64,000 nucleotides of DNA from Amoebidium appalachense (lineage: Eukaryota > Protista > Ichthyosporea). The stretch lies in assembly GCA_963693365.1 (NCBI GenBank), contig CAVNZM010000003.1:7559312-7623311 (forward strand), read 5' to 3'. The notes below the pieces were generated by a model that ran no database searches, was not told the origin of the DNA, and worked only from the letters and a program-made list of their open reading frames with translations. The position numbers and the translations under genes are program-made. Positions 48,486-64,000 of this stretch are shown piece after piece (the first letter of the stretch is position 1; every line of letters starts with the position of its first letter).

Positions 48486-48632
48486 AAAGGAAACTCGTAA
48501 ACACAGTAGGTAGAAGCAATGACAAAGGAAAGCGTGGTGCGAATGTGTGTGCCAAATTGTGTGTGTGGCGGGGGAGCCGGGCGGGCGGGCGGGTGGTGGG
48601 TGGGTCGGCAGGCGGGTGGGCGGGCGGGCAGG

Positions 48633-48671
<39 letters not shown>

Positions 48672-48933
48672 CCATAGATTGTAAATTACCATGTCCACTG
48701 CAGCCGACACATCTACGCCCGCCTTCACGGCCAGATAGCAGCCACTGTACGTCACCAGGTTGATGCTCAGATAGGTGCCCAGCGCTATGCGCCCATACGC
48801 TCGAAGCAAATAGCTCAGCCGGGTCTGTGGTAAAAGGGGGGGGGGGGGGGGGGGGGGGGGACGGAGGGAGGGGGATGTGGGTGTGAGGGTGTGGCTGTGT
48901 ACAGTTGGTGTGTGCATGGGTGGGAGGGCGGGG

Positions 48934-48969
<36 letters not shown>

Positions 48970-49158
48970 GGGGGGGAGGGGGGGGGGGGGGGGGGGGGGG
49001 GGAGGGGGGGGGGGATGTGTGCAACAGGCTGTGGCAAGTATAGCGAGGGCTTTAAAAGCAAAAAGGTTTCGTAAAAAAATGGACCAGAAACGGAAGAGAG
49101 ACTTGAACAGAGCCCAGGCAGTGATTTTGGGTGGGTGGGTGGGTGGGTGTGTGTGTGT

Positions 49159-49190
<32 letters not shown>

Positions 49191-49937
49191 GGGGACAAAG
49201 CATTGCAGCAGCAAAGCTTCAGTATCGTTTGGTGTTGAACTACCCTCAATTTCTCAAAACAGGCTAGCACATGCTCTTTCCTTTCTGCCCCTCTGCTTCG
49301 ACTCATACGACATATCCCGGTCAGACTCTGGGTCTCCCTACTGCCTCCTCCCTTCCCATCCCTTCAGCCCCCCCTCCCCCCGTCGCTCCTTCACTCCCCT
49401 CCCAGCTCCCCCCCCCCCCCCCCCCCCCCCCGGCCCCCCCCCCGTTTCTCCCCCCCCCCCCCCCCCCCCCCCCCCCCGTGTTCACCTCCCTCCCTTTCTC
49501 AGCCTTGTCCTCTGCATCCATCACATCACCATCCACCAAGCCCACCTCTTCCCCCCCCCAAAAAAAAAGGAACGGAAAAAAAAAAAAAAAAAAAGACATA
49601 TGCACAGCATTAACACTACAGGCACCCTCTCCACCAAAGCCCCCCATTCCCTCAATCTGTATACAGCCAGGACGTTCGTGTATAGCTTCCGTCCTGCATT
49701 AGTACGTCTGCATGCCGAGACCAATACATGATATAACCCTACCATAATCCTATGTGTACATGTGTGTCTACATCAGCATCCTCCATTTCCATTCACACCT
49801 ACCGCAAGTGGTGCATTGCTGTCCGGGGGTGTGAGTGGTGGCTTGTCCCCCGTGTGTGCCCCCCTGCTTGGTGCCTGCCGGGTGGCCATGGGTAGGGCCC
49901 CTGCAAGCACACGGTGCCGTGCTATGTACTGAGACAT
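46587..49937 (-). CDS. DUF1279 / FAM210-like small membrane protein, probably mitochondrial
   Basis: Exon 49937-49803 has an R/A-rich presequence-like N-terminus with an uncertain start. Exon 48824-48690 reads LLRAYGRIALGTYLSINLVTYSGCYLAVKAGVDV, exon 47637-47566 reads SENLVVAFAVYK, and exon 46658-46587 reads LLSPVRTLTTLAAVPYVAKILRR*. All junctions are phase 0, GT-AG. The YG..A...Y...GVDV and AFAVYK.L.PVR pattern fits DUF1279. Confidence 0.8.
47219..47425. repeat. Intronic 33-bp minisatellite, ~6 copies
   Basis: Unit ACGTATCGTGTATGCAGGGACACGCACACACAT is repeated in tandem. Confidence 0.85.
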
Positions 49938-50959
49938 AGGGTAGGTCCCTGGGGGGGATGAGGTTGAATGAGCAGAAGAGATTGTGATTGAGGTTGAGAA
50001 AGGAGTAGAGTAAAAGGTGGGATATAATTCAGCGTGTGTCGAGCGAGTGTCGAGGGTCGAGCGACAGGCGACATGCCGGAAGAGAAAGGATTGGTGGTGG
50101 GAGGAGGTGGGGAGGGGAAGGACATCCAAGAGAAAGGGAGGGAGCGGGTTTCAAGGGGAGGGAGGGCGGGGTTAAGGGGGATGCAAGGCGAAAGACCCTT
50201 CCCTATTGAAAAGACGGAGGAACTGCGTGATCGTGTGTTAGTTCACCTTTGTACTTGTGTTCTGCCAAGCATGAAGATTTGCACTTGAGAACCCTAGGTG
50301 TTTGGTTTTTCGCACTCATGTGAGTGTGCGTAGGGAATGAGGGTGTATGTTACTGGGCGTTCATCTATGAAAAAGAACTTCACGTCTAAAAAACTGCTGC
50401 TGAAAGCCAGCACAATAAGCAACAAACTTATATTCGTCAAGATTGAGGGACTCCCGAGGCACACAGACACAAAACCTGTGCGTGTGACGTAATATCTGTT
50501 AACTGATTTATTTGGAACTATGACTTTCCCCCGCTTTGTCGTGCAGTGGAAGTCATCGACAAAAAGCGCGCCCACTTTGATCTAACAAAGACCGCGCATG
50601 TTACTTGGCATCCCTTTAGTAACTGAAATAGGAAGCGTACTAGTAGGAAATGGGATAACTAACGAAACCAGTAAAGGTGGGTGATGGGGGAGGGAGGAGT
50701 TGGGGGGGGGGGGGGAGGGGCGGAGGGGGGGAGGAGAGGATGGAGGGGAGGGAGGGGGGGGGGAGGGGGGGGGGGAGGGGTACAGTGGGCGACGAAGCTC
50801 TTGAGTTGACACTAAAATTTGTCCGCGGTGTGTAAGCTTTCTCCTGATGTTTTCCAAGATAAAAAAGGGGTTTCGTTGAGAAGAAACACAACCTTTGTGA
50901 CTTGAAGATGAACAGCAGCTGATCTCATGTTACTTTATCGTGCTGACTGATGGTGCATT

Positions 50960-51040
50960 TTCATCCAATCAGAGCTCTGTCCTTACGTATGCAGGTGTGT
51001 TAACCAATCAGATGTTAATATGTTTACCTGCACCAATCAA
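50960..51040 (+). promoter_or_regulatory. Triple CCAAT box (NF-Y-like) in the divergent FAM210-like/enoyl-CoA hydratase promoter
   Basis: CCAATCA occurs at 50965, 51004 and 51033 (spacing 39 and 29 bp), ~180-250 bp upstream of the ATG at 51219. Confidence 0.55.
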
Positions 51041-51218
51041 AATCGAGAAGTGGCTCGTACGTGAGCCTGCCGAAATTGCAAAAAAAAAAAAAAAAAAAGG
51101 AAAACGTTGAGAAACGTGCGAAACGTTCAAAAAAGCCTGTCACCGCCTTGCTGTTGTTGCTACCGTAAATCCTTTCAAGATTTCTTCTTTATGTGCAGTT
51201 TTCTACTTAAACGCAACG

Positions 51219-52548
51219 ATGTTTTCCCTTCTCAAACACCTACGGCCATCCTTCTCCCTCCCAACCCATGGGCACATCCCTCTCTCCCTCACACGCTGTT
51301 ACTCCATTCTATTGGATGGTGAGCAAAACAAGCAGGTGTTCGCGCGTGAGAAAGACTCGACTCCGTGTGTGTGGGTAGAGAGGAAGGGCAGTGTGTATAC
51401 GGTCATATTGAACAGACCAAAACAGAAAAACGCCGTGGACAGAAATACGGCTCGAGGGCTGGCTGATGCGTTCCGTGCCTTCGAGGTGAATGTTCACCCT
51501 GTGTTTCTATCCACATGTTCCCACTCACTTCGTCGTCTCCCTGTTCCACCGCAGCCTGTTAACACCTCTTCTCCTCCAACCTCCTCATTCGAAAGACGCA
51601 ATCGCGGGAACATCTAGTAGAAAACTACGTCGCGCTCGTGTACCACTTCCCCCTTCCCCCTCCCCCTCCCCCCCCACCTCCCTCCCCCCCAACACACACA
51701 AGCACACATACAACCTTTTATCTCTTTTACCTTACACTCTCCTCCCCCACCCCCCCCCCCCCCCTTTGTTTTCCCTACATCCCCGCACACACAGCTTTTC
51801 CTCCGTCCCTTCTAGCTCATACATTTCCACACACTGACCAACCCATGCCACCCACCTCCTCTCTCCCTCCCTCACTCCCTCCCTCCCTCCCTCCCCCCCC
51901 TCCCTCCCTCCCCTACCTCCCTCCACCCCTCCCTCCCTCCCTCCCTCCCTCCCTCCCTCCCTCCCTCCCTCCTTCCCTCCCTCCCTCCCTCGGAGTCCCT
52001 CCACCCCTCCCTACCTCCCTCTCACCCTCCCACCCTCCCAAGTTCCCTCCACTCTCCCACTGTCCGTCTCTCCCTCCCACGGTCGCTCCACCCCTCCCTC
52101 CCTTACCCCTGTCCTCTCTCCTCCACTTGCACCTCCTCCCCTCTCCTCCCCTCACCCTTCCCACATATACACACAGGCAGACAGCAGTGCGTCTGTAGCT
52201 GTTCTCTACGGTGAGGGCGGTACGTTCTGTGCCGGTGCCGATCTCAAGGCCGTAGCGTCAGGGCAACCCAACAGGTTGGAGGTGGAGGGGGATAGTCCTA
52301 TGGGGCCATGCAGGCTCAAACTGTCGAAGCCAGTCATAGCAGCTGTGCAGGGGTTTGCCGTGGCTGGGGTAGGTGTTTTGTTTTTTTGTTCTCTCTCTCT
52401 CTCTCTCTTTCTCTCTCTCCCTCTCCCTCCCTCCCTCCCTCCCTCCCTCCCTCCCTCCCTCCCTCCCTCCCTCCCTCCCTCCCTCCCTCCCTCCCTCCCT
52501 CCCTCCCCCCCCCCCCCTCCCTCCCTCCCTCCCTCCCTCCCTCCCTCG

Positions 52549-52612
<64 letters not shown>

Positions 52613-52642
52613 GGGGAAGGGAGGGGGACAGGGGGGAGGGAA

Positions 52643-52676
<34 letters not shown>

Positions 52677-52998
52677 GAGGGGGGGGGGGGGGGGGGACGG
52701 CTGCTGTGCTTCTCTGCCCGATGTCTATTTTTCTTTATCTGTGTTTGTCTTCTGTTTTTTGCCCCGTTTTCTTTTTCATTTTTTCCCCTACTTTTCTTTT
52801 CTATGTGTTCGTTTTGGTCTTTGTCATTTTCTGTTTCATCTCTAATCGTGAGAGTCCTTGTGTGTTGTTGTGAGGGCCAACTTACCCACTGAACCCCCCC
52901 CCCCCCCCCCTCCCCCCCCCCCCCCTCTCCCCCCTCCCACCCCCCCTCCCGGGCTCTCCACGACCACGTACATACACTTCAACACTCGCACCAAAACG

Positions 52999-53047
<49 letters not shown>

Positions 53048-55046
53048 GGGCTGGAGCTAGCTCTATGGTGTGATCTTCGAGTGGCATCCAAGAATGCCAT
53101 ATTTGGTGTTTTCTGTCGCCGCTTTGGTGTGCCCTTAATCGATGGGGGCACCGTTAGACTACCTCGTCTGATTGGTCAAAGCAGGGCCATGGATCTAATG
53201 CTCACTGGTATTATATCACCTTCCCCCCCCCCCCCCCTCCCCCGCCCCCCTCCCCCCTCTTTCAACATTCCCGCTCCCCCCCCCCCTCTCTCTCTCTCTC
53301 TCCCCCCTCCCCCCCTTTCCGGGCCAGTCCCCTTTTTATCATCTCCCCCTTGCTGGCCCCCTGCCAATCCAAAATCTCATCTCTACTCTTCTCTCTCTCT
53401 GTCCCTCACTCCTTCTTTCCTTCCTTCCCTCCACCCCTCACTTCTTCCTTCCTCCCTTCCCCTCCCAGCTTCTCTCTCTTGTTCCCCCCCTCTTCCCCCC
53501 CCCCCCTCCCCTCCTCCCCCGCCTCTCTCCCTCCCCCTCTGTCCATCTGGGTCCCTTGCACCCTTCTCCCCCGGCTCTCTTTCGCTCCCTTTCCCTCCCA
53601 GCTCTATGGCCTTATTTATCTCTCTCTGACTCCCTCTCTCCCCCCCCTCCCCCCCCCCCCCCCCACACACACACACACACACTCCCTGTCCCACTGTACA
53701 ACTATTACAGTAGTTCTGCTATCGCAGCCTGTACACGAACAAAGCATACGTTTGCTTTCCAAATCTGAGCCTGCAGTGGATTGGGGATTACACAGGGGGG
53801 GGGGGGGGGGGGAGCACGTGAGTAGACTCTCAGGTGTGCGTTTTCAGATGTGTAAGAAGCAGTTAAGTGTCTGAATCAATGGATCGTGTCTCTGTAGGTA
53901 CTTGGTGTGTGTGTGTGTGTGTGAGGAGGGGGGCGGGGGTTGTTGCCTTATAATTTGGGTGAATGGTTACGGCGATATAAGGTTCTCATACCTGGTTAAC
54001 CATAACTTCTACTTGCCCCTCCCATACCCCTCTCTCCCCTCCTCCCCCTTCCCCTCCCTCTCCCGGATCTCGCCTTTCTCCCACCTCTTCCGGTCTTATT
54101 CCTTTTTGCCGTCGTTGCTACTTTCCGATTTCTTTCCTCTCTCCTTCTCTCCCTCCCTCCCTCCCTCCCTTCCCCCCATTCCTCCCTCCTTAACTCCCAT
54201 TCTCCGTACCCATCTTCCCCCCACCTCTTCCGGTCCCACCCCTTTCTGCCCTTTCTCCCCCCCCCCCCCTCCTCCCTCTCTCTATCACTCGTTCCCCCAT
54301 TACCCCCCCCCCCCCCCCCTCCCTCTCCCTCTCTCCCACGCAGGCAGGCCCGTAGGCATATCTGAAGCCGTGTCCATCGGATTGGTCAACTACGTAGCCA
54401 CTAACGGCACAGCACGCAAGGGGGCTGAGGACTTGGCACTGCAGCTTGCCGCCTTCCCTCAGGAGGTTGGTTTCTGGAGAGAGGGAGGGGGGGGGGGGGG
54501 AGGGGGGTTTGTGGGAGGTGCATGTAATCAAGGAAGGAGACAAATTAGATAAGACAGTGCAGAAGGGGGGAGGAAGAGGGGAACCGGGGGGGGGGGGGGG
54601 GGGGGGGGGAGAGGGAGAGAGAGAGAGGGAGAGAGACACTACATCCAGATATTCGTACTGTAAGGTTGGGAGGTGTATCTCCTGTACTCGTGTGCTCTAC
54701 CCCCACATGGGCCTCATGTGTTCCATGTCACCATGACAAACACACAACTGTGTTGTGGGATGCCCTCACCGCTACCAACGATCTATTCCTGAAGGGTACT
54801 CAAACGTTGAGCCCCTGGCTTGTTTCCTAAAGGTCTAGGTTATGGCATGTTTCCCTACATGCTACCATATCATGTGCCCCTGCTCACCCCCGCCCCCCGC
54901 CCTCTCCCCCCCCCCCCCCCCCCTCCCCTCCCTCCGCTCACACACACAACCTACCTACCCACGCCCCGAAGTTCAATCCAGTCACCCATCCACCCACCCA
55001 AACTTACCTGTCTTCCTCTGTCTGCCCTGCCACCCCCCTCCCTCCC

Positions 55047-55090
<44 letters not shown>

Positions 55091-55304
55091 TCTGTAACGT
55101 CCCTCCCTCCGCTCTATCCGAGCCCCGTCACCGCTCTCTCTCGGAGTCCCCTGTGGCCTCGCCTTAACAACTGTTCTAACCAGCCCCCCTCCCTCCCCCC
55201 CCCCCCCACCCTCCTCCCCTCCTCCAAACACACCCCCACCCCCCACCCCCACCCCCCCCCACACACACACACAAAAATGTCGATCCGGATAATCGTGCTC
55301 GTTT

Positions 55305-55346
<42 letters not shown>

Positions 55347-55566
55347 TTTTTTCCCCAAACAGTGCATGCGGCGTGACCGTCAAAGTGCATTGGAGCAGTG
55401 GGACTGCGGCACTACTGAGGAGGCGCTGAAAAATGAATTTCGGCTGGGCATGATGGTGGTGGGGTCTGGGGAGACGGTACAGGGGGCCACGTACTTCACG
55501 GCGGGGAAGGGGAGACATGGGTCGTTCGAAAAGGGTCGACCGGCAGGAAAACCAAAAATTGATTAA
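51219..55566 (+). CDS. Crotonase/enoyl-CoA hydratase family protein with a probable mitochondrial presequence, 5 exons
   Basis: Exons 51219-51485, 52177-52368, 53048-53207, 54344-54465 and 55363-55566, GT-AG with consistent phases. Motifs LNRPKQKNAVD, FCAGADLK, KPVIAAVQGFAVAGGLELALWCDLRVA, FGVFCRRFGVPLIDGGTVRLPRLIG and C-terminal GKGRHG. Confidence 0.92.
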
Positions 55567-55661
55567 ACGATCGAAGTGACAGTTGTATGTGCAATTGTCT
55601 TTTACATATCTCGCTGAAACCCCCCCCCCCCCCCCCCCCCCCTCTCCCTCCGCACCACACG

Positions 55662-55720
<59 letters not shown>

Positions 55721-55946
55721 CTGTAATAGTAGCCACATCTGTGTAGCACATATATATACGGACCACCCACACACACAGTGTCACATGTTTATTGACATGC
55801 ACACGCTCACTCACTGCTCACTCACCCACCCACCCACCAGTACTAGTAGCACCAACCCACTCAAAACCTTTCACACACGTGCTCAAAGTAGAAAAAGGGA
55901 GAGATAGAAAACGACTGAGGAGAAACAAAAGTAGAAAGTGAGATTT

Positions 55947-55977
<31 letters not shown>

Positions 55978-56139
55978 CAGCAGAGCATGAACATCTCTGC
56001 ATTTAGAGTTAGGGCCATTCGAGTACGGTATACTCGATATCATACCAACACGGTGAGTGCGCGCTACCTCTCTGCTAACCCCCCCCCCCCCCCCCCCCCC
56101 CCACCACCACCACCACCACCACCACCACCACCACCACCA

Positions 56140-56196
<57 letters not shown>

Positions 56197-57171
56197 CACT
56201 GATCATACGGAGATACATGATTGCGATTCCCCCACTCACTTCACCATATGAAACAGTGCAACAAGAATTCCCGCTTATTTTTAATAAGTTATCAGATTGA
56301 CACACTAGCACACCGAGCACCCTGAGGCACCCACGCATGTGCACGGCTGAGTTACTTCGATATATATCAGACGCGGACACCCTTGACACAGACGAAGGCT
56401 CCCTGACGGGTACGTTAAACGGTTGCGCGCGTTGAGCAATGGCCATTCCACAAATGGAACTAGTTGTGGTAGGGCTACTTGCGCATGCTGGATATTTGCA
56501 TGAAAGTTCGGGAACTCTAAAAGTTTATTCATTTTATTGTTTCAAGTAAACCACGCTATGTTATTCCACTTCATGTGTGATGCCTCCCGGTTGGCAAAGG
56601 CCCCGGGAATATATAAAGCTTCATCAACGTTGATCTTGAACGGGAAAATATCACAAGGGCGTTACATTCGGTAATGCTATTTTCTCAGGCTGGGATCATT
56701 CCGATAATTGCACTTTGCATGTGCTGGAATTCATATATCATAATAAACTATCACCTCGCTATGATAACAATATTAAGTATGAAAATGTGAATATTATATA
56801 TTGCTACTATATATCAAAGTTCTTCACCGAAAATGCCTCATGCACTGCGCACCACAGGACCGGTTTTGCAGCTGGAAAATAAAGAAAAAGAAGTCGTCAA
56901 GTCGGAAGTGCACAAGTGGCTCAGTTTGGAGCCAGGGGTTGTATTACGACCGGAAATCGTCGTATTTACGATTAAGCCCAGGGGGTCAATACGACTAACG
57001 CTAGGAGGTGCTGTATTGGTTTAACTTAGCAGGCAAATATGCCACAATAGTGTATCATGGTGTGCTTTCATACGAAAATTGGTCTTTTTCTAGGTAAAAA
57101 GTGATCAGGTGACAGCTATTTCTGCACTCCAGAGCGGAATATGAAGCCCTGTTTTGCCTGTCGGGTGTAAA

Positions 57172-57499
57172 ATTAGAACCGGAGGTTATTGGTTGTTTTA
57201 TTCTCTTTTCTTCCTCTCTTCCTCAATATATCCGTTTTAAGATGACTATCCTAGATCACCTTATTAATGCTGCCCAGTATGATATTGTGATCCGGTGCCT
57301 TAACTTTCTTTCGGAGCTACCGATGCTAGCCTCTGCTTACCCATAATATGTAATAGGGGTGTCAGATACTACGATGGCGCTCATTGTTGCCTACACATAT
57401 GTCACTGGCTGCATTTGATTGGCTGCGCTGGAAAACGCAGTAGGCCGTCACTGGCTGGGCCTCCGGCAGTGTCCACGCAATAAAAAGTGTGTAAACCCC
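57172..57499 (-). repeat. Dispersed repeat family R1, copy 3
   Basis: Close reverse-complement match to ~9916-10250, lying ~940 bp upstream of the receptor ATG. Confidence 0.85.
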
Positions 57500-57919
57500 A
57501 AGAAATTATTCATTGAAATCCGTGATGTAGGGGTTCTATACGAATTCGTAAATGAGGCGAACCCCGCCAATACAACTTTGAAAAAGAAAAAAAAAAATGA
57601 TAATGACTTTATTGATATGCTCAGCAAAATAGAAGCCATCGAGATATCACCGATATCTCGCGATCGGAGAACAAAATACAAAAGCCCTCACTCTCGGATA
57701 CGGAGGAGATAACGACTTAAATAATCATACACCCTAGAAAACTCGTTAAACATACCGTGGTTCAACAGATAGTCAATAGACGTAATATCAGGATTATCTA
57801 AATAATCCAGTCTTCTAATTTCTAATATCAATAAAGTCATTATATATAAAAAATTCGACAATACGATTTCGTTTTGGGTAAAACGGGTAGCGCAGCCAAA
57901 AACCCTGTTTGGAGCAGGC

Positions 57920-58040
57920 CTCCTATTGGCCTGACGCGCACCCTTCAGTTTCAACGCGGGCTAGATCCACGAATAGGAAAGAGCACCGGCATCTAGGGCG
58001 CTCCTATTGGCTGTATTTGCACCAATTGAAAGATGGCGTG
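57920..58040. promoter_or_regulatory. Putative receptor-gene promoter with CCAAT boxes and a YY1-like motif
   Basis: CCTATTGGC occurs twice (~57922, ~58003), ACCAAT at 58021, and AAGATGGCG at 58030-58038. Confidence 0.35.
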
Positions 58041-58441
58041 GCTGCTGCGTTTTTGATCCGCCAAAGCTTTTTTGGCGCCGCCCCCTGGCAGAGGCTCACC
58101 GCTCACGTGCAAAGGGCTGCTGCGGTGCATGTGCATGCAGTATGTAGTCGGTAAACTAAGCCAGTAACCCAACATACATGCAAAAACATGCAATAAAACA
58201 TACTGCCAGAGAAGAAAACCACATAACACTACTGCACGAAATCAGCCTGATAGTTACGAGCGCACACAGTTTCAGAATATGCATCGTTGAGATTAACAGC
58301 TGTTAGCTTTAATCAGCAAACTTTGGAACGCTCTATAGGCCAGGCCCCCGAACTATACTTTTCCTGAACACAAAAAAAACGAACCAAAGCAAATTACTCA
58401 CAAATAGCAAGCAATCCCCTCCCCTATTCACATCCATCAAA

Positions 58442-64000
<5,559 letters not shown>

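Noticed and set aside
57419-57954. Short ORFs next to R1 copy 3 as transposase remnants
   Set aside because: No recognisable transposase or RT motif.

Overview
Intron-rich eukaryotic genomic DNA with GT-AG introns. The gene content suggests a holozoan or opisthokont protist, but this is inference. Almost all ORFs in the supplied track are artefacts of (CA)n/(GA)n microsatellites and poly-G/poly-C tracts. Splicing exons by hand gives six genes: an unknown protein (-, ~511-6320), an SH3-PX-BAR sorting nexin (-, 17123-36603), RAE1/Gle2 (+, 37557-45363, with a 1-nt frame break in exon 2), a DUF1279/FAM210-like protein (-, 46587-49937), a crotonase/enoyl-CoA hydratase (+, 51219-55566), and a receptor fusing a bacterial-type ABC solute-binding domain to a class-C-like 7TM region (+, 58442 to the window end). 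The most unusual element is a non-coding repeat family with five copies in two subfamilies, all in sorting-nexin introns and all sense to the host. The copies share a 3' end abutting poly(C), have variable 5' ends, and carry a covarying multi-stem, pseudoknotted RNA fold. This suggests an undescribed structured-RNA retroposon with a poly(C) tail or target. Other notable signals are (CA)nCAG splice acceptors lacking a U-rich tract, a polarised minisatellite, duplicated splice acceptors and bZIP/E2F/NF-Y motif clusters in bidirectional promoters. Exon coordinates and RNA pairings were read by eye; no database search was possible.
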